Shown: positions 32,705 through 43,337 of the stretch, piece after piece
Numbering within the stretch: the first letter of the stretch is position 1
Layout of the letters: each line of letters begins with the position of its first letter
IMG/VR virus record: IMGVR_UViG_3300032053_011398
Source of the DNA: a virus
Direction: 5' to 3' (one strand)
Length of the DNA: 64,000 nucleotides
The notes under the pieces: generated by a model
Seen by the model: only the letters and a program-made list of their open reading frames with translations
The model's database searches: none
What the model was told of the DNA's origin: nothing
Position numbers and translations under genes: made by a program

Positions 32705-33903
32705 TCGATCAGCGCCCGGATGATTTTCTGGGCGCACTCTCCCATACCCTCGTCTTCGCCCTCGGCGCGGGCGATGTCGTCCTTGATCCGTTGCGCCAAT
32801 TGCCGGAGCATCGTCATCCCTCGCGGCGACTTGGCGTAAAGCTCTTTCATGAAGGAGTTGAACTCATCCACATCCATGCGCTGGATATAGCCGTAAAGGT
32901 GCATGGTCAACTCCCGCTCGTTCTCCGCGTCCGTGATGGCCACGAACTGGTCCCAAAGCTGCGGCCCCAGGATCATGTGCCAGGCTTCCATGTCCACCAG
33001 GTCGGCCTTTCGCAGCACTTCCTGGCGATCCGCAGCATCACGAGGTAGGCCCGGTGAAGAAGCCATTTCGGTCAGGCCCTTGATGATCTCCTGAATCAAA
33101 ACCGGGAAGTGCTTAGCTTGGGCTGTAACCTTGGGCGTCTGTCCGTCCTCGGAGGCTTCAATCCGGGTTGAACCGACCTGAAGCTCAGCTTTTGCCCCAG
33201 CGATGACTTGGCTTTGGGGAAACATCCAATAGCCAATTTCCGTAGCAACCATCAGGATGCCGTATGCTTTGCGAAGCTGCGGATGAATCCGGTCAAGTGC
33301 TTGACCGCCCAGCTCGAACAAGTAATTGTTGCTGACCGCCGACCCCTGGATGATGGCGTTAGTGAAGTGCCGCCGCTGGATCATCTTTTCGATCCAGACT
33401 TTCTCAGCCGGGGTGCGCTCCTGGCTCAGCGGCTCCTGGGCCTCCGGGTCATCAGAAGTCATGCCGCCCTCCATGCTCGGCGCGTCGGTCAGCTCCGCGT
33501 CGATGGCAATGCGATTAGCCTCATACTCCTTTTTGGCACTCTTGAACTCGGCCAGCTCGAACACCAACTCGATGGCCAGGGCCTCCAGCTCCTCCTTGTG
33601 CGTGGCCTCAGCTTGCGCGATCAAGTTCATGGCCCCGACGAGTTTGGTCTGGATGGTGCCAAGAGCCTGCCGGGTGAGCGGCACGCCCAGGTATTGCTGG
33701 CCTTTTTGAAGGATTTTCTGCCACTGGCGCGACGCCAGAACTTCCTCGTAATTGGTGGTGTGAGCACCGGGGCCTGGTTGGTGCTCAGGATAGGCCGGGT
33801 GACCACCCAGGGGGTGAGTTCTACCGGCGATGGCCTGGTGCTTCTCCTGGTGAATCAAGCCACTCGGATCGTCGATGGCCTCGATGATTTCCCATGCTTT
33901 CAT
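32701..33903 (-). CDS. Hypothetical (possibly virion) protein
   Basis: 400-aa ORF coupled to the upstream gene. Confidence 0.7.
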   Translation of the reverse strand: MKAWEIIEAIDDPSGLIHQEKHQAIAGRTHPLGGHPAYPEHQPGPGAHTTNYEEVLASRQWQKILQKGQQYLGVPLTRQALGTIQTKLVGAMNLIAQAEATHKEELEALAIELVFELAEFKSAKKEYEANRIAIDAELTDAPSMEGGMTSDDPEAQEPLSQERTPAEKVWIEKMIQRRHFTNAIIQGSAVSNNYLFELGGQALDRIHPQLRKAYGILMVATEIGYWMFPQSQVIAGAKAELQVGSTRIEASEDGQTPKVTAQAKHFPVLIQEIIKGLTEMASSPGLPRDAADRQEVLRKADLVDMEAWHMILGPQLWDQFVAITDAENERELTMHLYGYIQRMDVDEFNSFMKELYAKSPRGMTMLRQLAQRIKDDIARAEGEDEGMGECAQKIIRALID

Positions 33904-34829
33904 TGTCCTTCAACCTGTTCCAGCTTCTCGTAATACTCCGAGTCTTCGTCCAGGTGGTCTTTGGCGATCTTCTTGGCTTCGTTCTCGTTGCTGGTGTGCT
34001 CCTTTTCGACCTCGACACCTTTGGCCAGAGCGGGCGGGTCGTAATTCTCGTCAGGGCGCTCGTCTGGCTCCGTCAGTTCCATTTCGCCAGTCTTCTGTTC
34101 CTCATCACCGACCGTGGTGCCATCGAGAGTAACCGCATTGGCAGTCTTGTCGGAAACCACGCCCAGGATGGCTTGAACCAGGTTATCAACAGCCTGGGTG
34201 AGCTGATTGGCAGGCTCCCCCTGGATAACTTCGATCTCGCCTTCGCCTGATTCATTGCCCAGGATACCAGAAATGGTGCTGTCCACCGGTTCAGCCGGGC
34301 CAGCCTCGCCGTCGAACGAAAAGCCACTTTCGCCGGGGCCTTCGCCGCTCCTGCTCTCCTCGCCTTCCTTATCTTCCCTGTCTTCCTCATCTTCCTCACC
34401 CTTCTCGTCGCCCTTGTGGTCGTCGTCTTCCTGGATGCCCTCAGCGAAGGCCATCTGACCAAAGACGCCGATTTCGTCAAGCTGCTCGCGGGTATAAGTT
34501 TCCACAGAGCCGTCGTCGAGGAGCAAGCGCAAATTGCTGCCGTCCCATTCCCAGTCCTGGATGGGTTGCTGGGTCGCTTCGAGCCAGCTTTCAATGGCCT
34601 CGCTCTCGTCCTCCGCCTTGGGGCGCGGAAATGTGCCTGGCTCCCAATCCGGGGGCACCTGGTAAGGGCTGGGAGAGGGCCTTGGCGGCGAGTAGGGCCT
34701 TGGCCTTGGGCGGGAGGGCGGGGGCGCAGGCGCAGTTCCCGGTTGCTCTACATCCGGTTCAACCTCTGGCTCGGCGACCGGAGCTTCATCCAGAGCGGCC
34801 AATCGTTCGATAATATCTCTCGCATTCAC
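33900..34829 (-). CDS. Acidic protein with C-terminal DUF5661-like motif; likely GTG start
   Basis: GVEVEKEHT...AKKIAKDHLDEDSEYYEKL; GTAGTTA 4 nt upstream of the GTG. Confidence 0.7.
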   Translation of the reverse strand: MNARDIIERLAALDEAPVAEPEVEPDVEQPGTAPAPPPSRPRPRPYSPPRPSPSPYQVPPDWEPGTFPRPKAEDESEAIESWLEATQQPIQDWEWDGSNLRLLLDDGSVETYTREQLDEIGVFGQMAFAEGIQEDDDHKGDEKGEEDEEDREDKEGEESRSGEGPGESGFSFDGEAGPAEPVDSTISGILGNESGEGEIEVIQGEPANQLTQAVDNLVQAILGVVSDKTANAVTLDGTTVGDEEQKTGEMELTEPDERPDENYDPPALAKGVEVEKEHTSNENEAKKIAKDHLDEDSEYYEKLEQVEGQ

Positions 34830-34836
34830 GCGATAA

Positions 34837-37800
34837 CTACTCATGCTTCCCCCAGGGTAGAAGCAACTTGTCCCAGTCCGGGTTGTCCCCTGAGATTTTG
34901 CGCGTCTCCAGGTAGTTTAAGCCCACCTCGCTGTCGCCCGCAAGCGGAACGATCACCCAAGACGCATCGAAGTCCGGCAGCAGTGATTGGATGACCTGGG
35001 GGATGTCGTTCATGACGCTATACACGATGTCGTGGATCACCGGAAGCTCCTCGCGGAGCGAATCAACGACCAAGCTGTCATGGACGGTGGACACCAACAG
35101 GCTGTTCAGCCCGGCATCCCGCATAAGCGCCTCAATCGTAATCAGGCAGAGAAGCATCATGTCGGAAGCCGTGCTTTGGATCAGGTGATTGCACCCGGCG
35201 CGGAGGGCCTTGCTCCGGGCCTCGTTGTCGTCGCTCCAGATTTCCTCGAAGTGGCGCACGCGCCCGAAGATCGAAACCGCCCGGCCATGCTCCTCGATGA
35301 AATTTTTGTAAACACCCAGAAATCGCTTGAGCGCCGGATACGCCTCGAAGAAGGATTCGATGATGCCCTCGCATTCCTCCAGGGGAATATAGACCTCGTT
35401 GTTCGCAAGAACATTTTGTAAACCAAATGCACCGCCGCCGTAGCCGGTCAAAAAGTTTACAGTTTTTGCTACCTTGCGCTTCAGTTCCAACTTTTTGGCC
35501 TGCTCGGTTTTACCAGACCGCTGAAGCTCCTCCATGTGCTTTTTCGTGAATTCCTTGTAGTTGTGCATCCCGTCCTTCCACTTGATCTTGCTGGCCGTCA
35601 GGGAATGGAGGTCGATGCCGTTCAGGTAGGCATCGACCATCGACTCGTCGCCGCAGGCAGCCGCCATCAACCGCAACTCAATTTGGCTCAAGTCCGCCGC
35701 ATAAATGCACCCGCGATCCTTGAACCGGGAGCTGAACAGCCGCTTGACGATGCCGTCGCTGGGCAACTGTTGCAAATTTGGGTCTCGACAAGAAAGCCGT
35801 CCCCCGCGTGTGCCCGTCAACATGAAGCTGGCATGGATGCAGTGGTCAACCGACAGGTGCGGCTCCTTGACCCGCTGCTTCTTGTCCAAATGCTTCGCCA
35901 TCATGTTGCGGAGGGGCCGAACGTAGGTGCTGTAGAGCTTGAAAACCTTTCGGTATTCCTGGAGGGGCCGGAGGTTCGGGTGATCGACCACCAACCTATT
36001 GAGGGTGAACTTGTCCACGGCGGCATACTTAACCTGCTCCTCCCGGCTCAGGTGCCCCCAGCCTGCAACGTCGTCACCATAAATCTTCCGGCCCCCCTTA
36101 GTGAACCGGACAGGATCGAGCTTGAGCGCGGTAAACAGCAGCTCCTTCAACTGGCCCTTGTTTTCCAGGTCAAGCTCCCACAGGGAACCTTCGGCATGGC
36201 CTTCTTTGGGTATCGCGGCTTCCTGGGTCTTCGTCTGGCACCAACGCTCGATGACCTCATCCACGTCCCGCAACTTCTTTTTGGCGGCTTCGACCTCGTG
36301 CGGAAAACTCTCCTCCTGCCGGTGCAGTTCCTCCGGGTTGATATACATGCCCCTGGCCATCATCTTGGTCAGCGTGCGCGAGGCCGGGGCCACAATGTTT
36401 CGGTAAACCCACTGCCGGTTGGGCGCGGAGTAGTAGCGGAACCTGCCCGGACAGCCCGGCCACGCTAGAGGAATTTTGTAAACTTTTGTTGTCTCCAGCC
36501 GTGATTCCAGGGCGTCCCTGGACTGGTAGGTAACCTCCACGTCGCCCATGACGTAGGGTTTCAGGTGCGAGTCCCACAGGGATTTGGGGCAGTTGGCGTA
36601 GTGCCCGCCCTTGTTGTTGGCGGGGTTCATGGTGTTGCCATAAAGGTCGATGAGCAGCGTCATCTCCTCCTCGTAACCGGCCAGGTCGGGTGCCCAATCA
36701 TAGGCCAGAACTTCCAGGCCAAGGCTGCCCCGGCGCTGAAGCAGCGTGAAAGCCATGTGCCAGGTGTCCCAGCCCGCCGCGCTCGCCAGCAGGTTGATGC
36801 GGTCCTGGAGGGCCAGCCAATCCGGGTTGAATTGGCCGTCTGGCAGAAAAGGTTCGTTTTCGCCCTCGCGCCTGCCGACCGTGGCAATGGTGAACAGTTC
36901 GTCGAAGGTCAAATGATGGCCGATCACATCCGCCGTGGCCAACAATTCGATCACGTAAGGCGTCAAATCATCAAGGAACGGCTTTAGCTCGCTCGTCTCG
37001 TAGTCCCAAGGGAAACCGATAGATTCCGGCTGGCTGTTCACCGGGTTGATCCAGCGGAACATCATGAAGACAATCCGGGGGTCAGGCGAACGCACCACCG
37101 TATCAGGAATCTTTTCGACCGGCATGTCCGGCGCTTCCCCCGACCCTTCCGCCTTGACGCGCCGGAAGTGCGCCCATTGCTTCAAGCCGGTCGTCTCCAC
37201 GTCGTAGGCCACTTTGAATGGGCGATGATCGTTCGCATATTGAATGACCTGCTTGAGCGTGGCGATGGCCTCCTGGTGGTCGGTCGTGATCCGATACCAG
37301 GGACGGATATAGTTGGGCGGCGGCACGCCCTGCCTGCCGGTGCGGAGCGCCGTAATCATGTGGTCTTCCCATTCCTTGGCCAGCACCGGATTCTGGTAAC
37401 TCAGCACCAGGTTCCGGCTCTGCACCGGCACCATCGGGATGCGGATGTTGGGCGGCGCTCCGAAGATGGGATGGCCCTTGACGAAGCCGCCCTCGTGGGC
37501 CGGGTCGGGCCGATCCAGCATGAAGTTCTCGTCGATCAACCAATCGTCGGGCCAACCGCGCCAAGTCAGCAGCCGACCTGACCAGTCTTGCGCGTTGCTC
37601 TTATGGCTGAACAGGCCCAGGACGGACGTGCCCACCGGTATCACTACCTTGGGCGGATAAAGAAGCAGGTCATGGATGACGTGGTAGCGGCACCAGTTTC
37701 CCTTGGTCTTGTAATTAGGCGGTTTGCCGTCGCGGTAGGCGCACCGGGTCAACGGCACCCAGCGTATCTCGTCGAGGGTAACTCCATGCTCGCTCTGGAG

Positions 37801-38217
37801 TTTATAGATGACCGCCGCAAGATGAGCAATCGGCCCCTTGCCCGCACCCAAACCACCTTTGTCGTCTTCCGACTTGGAAACTGAATCCACAATGATGGTC
37901 GCCACGGGGTTCTCCGGCCCCACGTAGTCCAGGTAAGGATTCTTGGCCCCCATCTGGTCGAGGCCGCAGGCCGAACAAACTGGACTGTCTTTGCCGGGGC
38001 ACAACTGTCGCTCGCCCAGGGGTGCATTAGCGTCAGGCACTTCAACCAGTTCAGATTCCTCCCAGGCCCGCACCCCGTTGTGGTAAGCGATGAGGTCACG
38101 GAAAAACTTCTTCATGCCCTTGTAGTCCACCGGCTCGCCTGCGCGAGTTCGCCAAACCTTGGGCGCATTCCTGCGCTTCTTTACAACCGGTTCTTTGGCC
38201 TGTGCTTCATCAGCCAT
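34837..38217 (-). CDS. Family A DNA polymerase with N-terminal UDG-like domain and 3'-5' exonuclease
   Basis: YDVETTG, TGTRGGRLSCRDPNLQQ, ADLSQIELR, RKVAKTVNF, TVHDS. Confidence 0.93.
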   Translation of the reverse strand: MADEAQAKEPVVKKRRNAPKVWRTRAGEPVDYKGMKKFFRDLIAYHNGVRAWEESELVEVPDANAPLGERQLCPGKDSPVCSACGLDQMGAKNPYLDYVGPENPVATIIVDSVSKSEDDKGGLGAGKGPIAHLAAVIYKLQSEHGVTLDEIRWVPLTRCAYRDGKPPNYKTKGNWCRYHVIHDLLLYPPKVVIPVGTSVLGLFSHKSNAQDWSGRLLTWRGWPDDWLIDENFMLDRPDPAHEGGFVKGHPIFGAPPNIRIPMVPVQSRNLVLSYQNPVLAKEWEDHMITALRTGRQGVPPPNYIRPWYRITTDHQEAIATLKQVIQYANDHRPFKVAYDVETTGLKQWAHFRRVKAEGSGEAPDMPVEKIPDTVVRSPDPRIVFMMFRWINPVNSQPESIGFPWDYETSELKPFLDDLTPYVIELLATADVIGHHLTFDELFTIATVGRREGENEPFLPDGQFNPDWLALQDRINLLASAAGWDTWHMAFTLLQRRGSLGLEVLAYDWAPDLAGYEEEMTLLIDLYGNTMNPANNKGGHYANCPKSLWDSHLKPYVMGDVEVTYQSRDALESRLETTKVYKIPLAWPGCPGRFRYYSAPNRQWVYRNIVAPASRTLTKMMARGMYINPEELHRQEESFPHEVEAAKKKLRDVDEVIERWCQTKTQEAAIPKEGHAEGSLWELDLENKGQLKELLFTALKLDPVRFTKGGRKIYGDDVAGWGHLSREEQVKYAAVDKFTLNRLVVDHPNLRPLQEYRKVFKLYSTYVRPLRNMMAKHLDKKQRVKEPHLSVDHCIHASFMLTGTRGGRLSCRDPNLQQLPSDGIVKRLFSSRFKDRGCIYAADLSQIELRLMAAACGDESMVDAYLNGIDLHSLTASKIKWKDGMHNYKEFTKKHMEELQRSGKTEQAKKLELKRKVAKTVNFLTGYGGGAFGLQNVLANNEVYIPLEECEGIIESFFEAYPALKRFLGVYKNFIEEHGRAVSIFGRVRHFEEIWSDDNEARSKALRAGCNHLIQSTASDMMLLCLITIEALMRDAGLNSLLVSTVHDSLVVDSLREELPVIHDIVYSVMNDIPQVIQSLLPDFDASWVIVPLAGDSEVGLNYLETRKISGDNPDWDKLLLPWGKHE

Positions 38218-38251
38218 ACCTCCTAGAACTGGATGCCGTTCTTACCTCCAA

Positions 38252-39268
38252 GTGGAAAGAGTCGCCATAACGCCACCGTGCCAATGCTTCGGGCTTGAAC
38301 AAAGCCTGGACAGTCCTGTCTGTCCCGGCTGCCTGCACCGCACCGAGTGCATCGGCGTTATGGGCCATCTGGCGCAGCGCGAGGGCGTTGACAAAGCCAT
38401 CTTCCGCTTTTTGCCCGATAACCTTCTTCACTATGAGAACATGGATGTTTACGGAAGCGACCCGGACGCCGTGGTGATGGAAGAAGTTTACCAATTTTGT
38501 CATCAGTGGGTCTTCGAGCACAAAGCACCTGGAAAAATCGGCCTTAACCGCAGGGCAATCTTGGAGCGCGTGCGCGAAAGCGAGACTTCCATCAAGCTGT
38601 TTTTTCTGGCCAACATGCTGGCCTGGCAACAGTCGCACGAGACGGAGCCATTCCACGCAAAGGTGTTGACGGGAGACTTCGCCGTCCATCAGGTCAAGAC
38701 GTTTGCGGCGAGTTGCCGTAAACAGTTTGGAGCTTTCGACACTACCACGCTCGACCGGCTCATGGGTTCGGACGTGGCCAAACAAGACTTCGAGGGGTTG
38801 TTGCTGAGCAGCGAAATGACGGCGGGTAATTTCATTATCGGATACAAAATGTTTCACTCCGGCACAGTCAGCCAAACGCTGTATCGGGAAAAGGAGGGCA
38901 CCCTTCATCCTTACTGGCTGGCCGTGGAGCAAACCTACTACGATGACCTTCTCCACCAGCACATCAGACGCCCTGATCCGAACCTGTCGCCGGTGCTGGC
39001 CAAACACCGCTGGAACACCCTCCACATCCTGGGTCAGCTCAAGCGGCATAGCCGTCAAGCTGTGGCCGTCTTCCTGGCGCGGGAAAGGATCATGCCCGAA
39101 GCGGTAAAGCGCGTGCTGGTCCAGCATGGCTACGCGCCAGAGGACTTCATGATCGAGCGCCGGATCGTCACCAGCCCGCTCAAGTTCTGGTCAAGGCTCG
39201 CGGTTGCAATCCAACAAATGGAACTGCTGGATTTCGTGGACGGAAATCCGTCCATTTTCGATTCATAA
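38252..39268 (+). CDS. Hypothetical replication-region protein with Cys-rich N-terminus (likely GTG start)
   Basis: CFG...CxxC...C; CGTTCT 9 nt upstream. Confidence 0.65.
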   Translation: MERVAITPPCQCFGLEQSLDSPVCPGCLHRTECIGVMGHLAQREGVDKAIFRFLPDNLLHYENMDVYGSDPDAVVMEEVYQFCHQWVFEHKAPGKIGLNRRAILERVRESETSIKLFFLANMLAWQQSHETEPFHAKVLTGDFAVHQVKTFAASCRKQFGAFDTTTLDRLMGSDVAKQDFEGLLLSSEMTAGNFIIGYKMFHSGTVSQTLYREKEGTLHPYWLAVEQTYYDDLLHQHIRRPDPNLSPVLAKHRWNTLHILGQLKRHSRQAVAVFLARERIMPEAVKRVLVQHGYAPEDFMIERRIVTSPLKFWSRLAVAIQQMELLDFVDGNPSIFDS

Positions 39269-39285
39269 AAATGATGCTATAAAGT

Positions 39286-41820
39286 ATGTTTGAAAGATAC
39301 AACTTTTCCGCCGAATTTCAGGACTTGCTTTTGGCGTGCATCATGAAGCACCCAAAGTTGTTTCTGCACAATGCGGGAACCCTGAACTCGGCTTACTTCG
39401 CGGGCGTGGAGCGCACGGCCACGGCGCGGGCGCTCTTTGCTTACTGGCGCAAGAATGGCCGGTTCCCGTCCGAGGAGGCGCTGCTCCAGCTCGTTTACGA
39501 TTCCATCATCCGCTCGTCCGAGGCCAAAGAGGAGGACAACGTGATGACGTATGTCCACAAGCTGAGGGGGATGGACACGTCCGATGCCGCCTACGTGTCC
39601 GAGCGCGTGGTCCAGTTCGCCAGGGAGCGGGCCATCTTCATCGCCGTGCAAAAGACCTACGATTTCCTGAAGCTGGGCGAAACCCCGCCCGGAGGCTACG
39701 CCAAGATGTTCGAGGACGCGCTCAAGATTGGGCAGAACCTCGAAGACCTGGGCTACAAGTTGGGGCCGGATTACCCCGACGAAGTGAACAAAATCATCGA
39801 CAAGCTGAGGACCAAAGACTACGGCACTTCGACCGGCTTTGGCGACCTGGACAAAATCTGGCCGCTGGGCTGGGGGCCGGGCTGGCTCATCTCCATCCTG
39901 GCTCCGCCGAAGCGGTATAAGTGTTTAAGCCCTGGGACTGAGATACTTATGTTCGACGGCACCGTAAAGTTAGTCGAGAACATCACTGTCGGAGACCAAA
40001 TCATGGGGGACGACTCAACGCCGCGCAGAGTGCTCACCTGCGGCAAAGGACGCGGCCCCCTCTACTCGGTGAAGCAATCCAGCGGCAAAGACTTTATCTG
40101 CAACGACGCCCACATCCTGTGCCTGCGCTCTCCTGACGGGCGCATTAAGGAAATGAGCGCTGAAGACTACGCCAAGCAAGCTCCGTGGTTCCACAGGCAG
40201 TGGCAAGGTTACAAGAACAAAGTGGATTTCCCGGATAAAAGCGTGCCGCTCGATCCCTACTTCCTGGGCTTATGGCTAGGTGACGGAACAACCTCCAAGC
40301 CTGAAATCTGTGTTTCCAGCGCTGACCGCGAAATTGCCGACTACCTCCGCCAATATGCAGTCGGTCAAGGGCTGAGGATCACTTACGGGGACGGAGACGG
40401 GTGCCGCCAGTTTAGCCTTGTTAAAGCACCGAAGCACGGACTCGTTTGCAGTGTTCCGGGGTGCCAAGAACCTCACCGTGCCGGTGGATTTTGCCACAAG
40501 CACTACTGCCGGGCCAAGTATCATCACGGATTCAAAGTCACGCCGGTCGGCCAAACCCGCTGGAAAAATCCGGTAACAGAGGGGCTAAGATCACTCGGCA
40601 TATTTGACAACAAGCGCGTCCCCACTGCCTACAAGGTCAATAGCCGTAGCATCCGGCTTCAACTTCTGGCCGGTCTTATCGACAGCGATGGCAGCTTCGC
40701 TAAAGGGCACGGATTTGTTCTGAGCCTGGTCTCCCGTGACTTAGCTCTGGATACCTGCTGGCTGGCGCGGAGCCTTGGCTTTCTTACGGGCATAAAACTC
40801 TACAAAACAACCATTAAGTCTATAGGATACATCGGGTGCGCGTGGCGCATAACCATTGCGGGGAACCTCTCTGAAATCCCGACACTGCTCCCTCGCAAGC
40901 GTGGCGCTAATTCCTTCAAGCATCGCCTTGGCCGCTACAAAGTCAAAGTCACACCCATCGGCGAAGGCGATTACTATGGCTTTACGATTGACGGCAACAG
41001 ACGCTTTTTGCTGGATGATTTTACGGTCACGCACAATACCGCCTTCTGCATCAACCTGGCGATGAACATGGTCACGATGTATAATAAGCCTGTCTTCTAC
41101 TACCCGTGCGAGATCAGCCAGGAGCTTGCCGCCGTCCGCTGCCTCTGCAATCTGACCAACATCCCCAGCGACTTCGCCTACCGTAACCTGAACACCTTTG
41201 CGGAAAAAGCGACCGAGGCGGTCATGAAGGAGATGAAAAAGACGCTCCTCATCAAGGGTTACCCGTCGCGGACGGCGACCATCGGCGGCGACATCCGCGC
41301 CCACGCGCTCACCGCCCGCAGCCAGCTCGGCCTCAACCCTGGGGCCATCTTCATCGACTTCGCGGAGACGGTGAAGCCCAGTTCCGACCCCAAGCGGACC
41401 AGCGAGTGGCGTGCCCAGGGCGAAATCTACCTGGAAGCCCGCGCCCTGGGATCGGAGTTCGAGTGCCCCGTGATCCTGCCCGACCGCTGTACCAAGGAGA
41501 CCGTGGGACACGCGGTGCCCAGCATGAAGTCATTCCAAGGATCGTTTGAAAAAGCTGGCATCGTGGACGCTGCCATCGGCCTCTGCGCCAGCGATCAGGA
41601 ATACCTGGACAACGCGATTCGCTACTTCGTGTTTCTGAACCGCCACGGCCCGGCTTACCAGCACTTCCGAGGAACAGTTGATCCGAAAGCCATGCGAATG
41701 AGCTTCCTGGAGAAAGTCGAGTGGCACCCCGAAGACGATGAGTGGGACGAACGTCGAAACGCTCGCCGTCCTGGCGGTAATCGCCGCCGTTTTGCTGCCC
41801 CGGTTGACCGGATAGGCTAG
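39286..41820 (+). CDS. DnaB/gp41-like replicative helicase with intein
   Basis: STGFGDLD, P-loop APPKRYK|T, CEIS, IFIDF, LNRHG. Confidence 0.85.
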   Translation: MFERYNFSAEFQDLLLACIMKHPKLFLHNAGTLNSAYFAGVERTATARALFAYWRKNGRFPSEEALLQLVYDSIIRSSEAKEEDNVMTYVHKLRGMDTSDAAYVSERVVQFARERAIFIAVQKTYDFLKLGETPPGGYAKMFEDALKIGQNLEDLGYKLGPDYPDEVNKIIDKLRTKDYGTSTGFGDLDKIWPLGWGPGWLISILAPPKRYKCLSPGTEILMFDGTVKLVENITVGDQIMGDDSTPRRVLTCGKGRGPLYSVKQSSGKDFICNDAHILCLRSPDGRIKEMSAEDYAKQAPWFHRQWQGYKNKVDFPDKSVPLDPYFLGLWLGDGTTSKPEICVSSADREIADYLRQYAVGQGLRITYGDGDGCRQFSLVKAPKHGLVCSVPGCQEPHRAGGFCHKHYCRAKYHHGFKVTPVGQTRWKNPVTEGLRSLGIFDNKRVPTAYKVNSRSIRLQLLAGLIDSDGSFAKGHGFVLSLVSRDLALDTCWLARSLGFLTGIKLYKTTIKSIGYIGCAWRITIAGNLSEIPTLLPRKRGANSFKHRLGRYKVKVTPIGEGDYYGFTIDGNRRFLLDDFTVTHNTAFCINLAMNMVTMYNKPVFYYPCEISQELAAVRCLCNLTNIPSDFAYRNLNTFAEKATEAVMKEMKKTLLIKGYPSRTATIGGDIRAHALTARSQLGLNPGAIFIDFAETVKPSSDPKRTSEWRAQGEIYLEARALGSEFECPVILPDRCTKETVGHAVPSMKSFQGSFEKAGIVDAAIGLCASDQEYLDNAIRYFVFLNRHGPAYQHFRGTVDPKAMRMSFLEKVEWHPEDDEWDERRNARRPGGNRRRFAAPVDRIG
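39922..41037 (+). mobile_element. Intein with LAGLIDADG endonuclease in the helicase P-loop
   Basis: K|CLSPGTE, LGLWLGDG, LLAGLIDSDG, VTHN|T. Confidence 0.93.
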
Positions 41821-42572
41821 ATGGCAATGGTCGCCATCGAAATATCGTCGTAGGCATAGCTGCCCGCCATCATAGGGGAGAGTGGCCGCATCAAGTAGGC
41901 TTCCAGCATTTCGCGCCAGTCTCGACGGCTCATGTGCGCATCTCGAAAGCTGTCGATGCCATCAGAACAAAGGTAGATAACATCGCCCGGCTGAACGGGA
42001 GTTTGGATCACGACCGGTTCCAGAAACCTGCTGCTGATCGTGCTGCCGCTTTCATCGTGGCCCTGAAGGATACAGTCGTAATACTCCTTGTTCTTTCCAT
42101 GCTGAGCAGCGAGATAGCTCGCTTTGCGAGCTTCATCAAGGCCGTAGGACAGGAAATCAGGCTGAGGGCTGTTGACGTGAACCACGCGCACGTGCTCGTG
42201 GTTCTTATGGATGAACGTGCCATTGCCGTAAAGGTAGGCCGTCATCTTGTCGCCCTTCACCCAGGCCACAAGCAGAGAGACATCTAGCGCCTGGTAGTGC
42301 AAAGCGGGAAAGATAAGCTTCATGGCCGACGCCTTGCCAATAGTGTAAGTGCCGAAGAAGGCCGGAAACAAGTCCGTCGTGCGAGCCAGGCGCACCGTTT
42401 CCCTGGCAGCTAAGGTTACCGCCCGCACGCCGAAGTCCATGTCGGGAATCTTGTTCGGCCCCTGGCCGTCGCAAATGATGGCATAAGCGAAATCGCCCGA
42501 CGTTCCTGAAAGTGCGTAATCGACGCAGGCGATGAACGCCTGGCCCGCTAGATAAGTGTGAGTCGTTTTCAT
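41817..42572 (-). CDS. PP2C-like phosphatase domain protein (likely start MKTTH)
   Basis: CVDY, IICDG, LCSDG, DDIS. Confidence 0.75.
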   Translation of the reverse strand: MKTTHTYLAGQAFIACVDYALSGTSGDFAYAIICDGQGPNKIPDMDFGVRAVTLAARETVRLARTTDLFPAFFGTYTIGKASAMKLIFPALHYQALDVSLLVAWVKGDKMTAYLYGNGTFIHKNHEHVRVVHVNSPQPDFLSYGLDEARKASYLAAQHGKNKEYYDCILQGHDESGSTISSRFLEPVVIQTPVQPGDVIYLCSDGIDSFRDAHMSRRDWREMLEAYLMRPLSPMMAGSYAYDDISMATIAI

Positions 42573-43282
42573 TTGCCAATTTTCGCTTTTACTTTCTTTT
42601 CCTCCGCCTCCGCCAAACGGCGGGCCGCAATCTTGATCTTGATCTCCGCGATATGCTTCTCGGTCATCTTGACGAGGCAAAACACCTGAGCGCCGAAGCT
42701 GGTGAGCGACACGGCCCAGCCCTGTATGGCTTTGCCATAGGTCTTGACCAAGACGCCCTTGATGCGGTGGACATACCGGATCAAGGGCTTGAAGTCGTCC
42801 TTGAGCTGAAACGAATTTCCTTTGAACTTGAACCGTTCGGCATCGCTCTCGTCATTCTTGACAGCCTTGCCCCAAAAGTGCCAGGGGGGCTTCGCCTCGA
42901 AGAAACCGAAATTTTGCTCCAGCGTAACGGGTTGATCGAAAACTATCCGCAGCGCCCGGCTCACTTTCGCCCGCTGTTTGTCGCAATCATTCAGCATACG
43001 CAAACAGTCCAGCTCGATTCGCACGCGCTCAGCAGCCATTTGCAGGTTGCCCACGCTGCGCTGAAGAACTTCGAGATAGTCTTCGGGCGTCTCGCACAAG
43101 TGGGAGTAAAACACCGGTTGGAAGCAAGGACGCCAATAGCGGCTGCGGTCGGTTAGCTCCAGTTGCACTCGCGGATCGCCTTCGTTGTTGGTGCCGAACT
43201 CTTTCTTGAGAACGGCCTCCAGCCGGTGGGTGACCTTCCAAAGTTTTTTGGTATCGACGGGGTTATGTTCGGGGATTTTCAT
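42569..43282 (-). CDS. Hypothetical protein (likely start MKIPEH)
   Basis: ORF coupled to the PP2C gene; CGCTCT variant motif upstream. Confidence 0.6.
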   Translation of the reverse strand: MKIPEHNPVDTKKLWKVTHRLEAVLKKEFGTNNEGDPRVQLELTDRSRYWRPCFQPVFYSHLCETPEDYLEVLQRSVGNLQMAAERVRIELDCLRMLNDCDKQRAKVSRALRIVFDQPVTLEQNFGFFEAKPPWHFWGKAVKNDESDAERFKFKGNSFQLKDDFKPLIRYVHRIKGVLVKTYGKAIQGWAVSLTSFGAQVFCLVKMTEKHIAEIKIKIAARRLAEAEEKKVKAKIGK

Positions 43283-43337
43283 ATTATCGGTAGAGCGGCG
43301 TTTCCCGAAAGGGAATGTTTCCGGTTCTAATTCGTGG

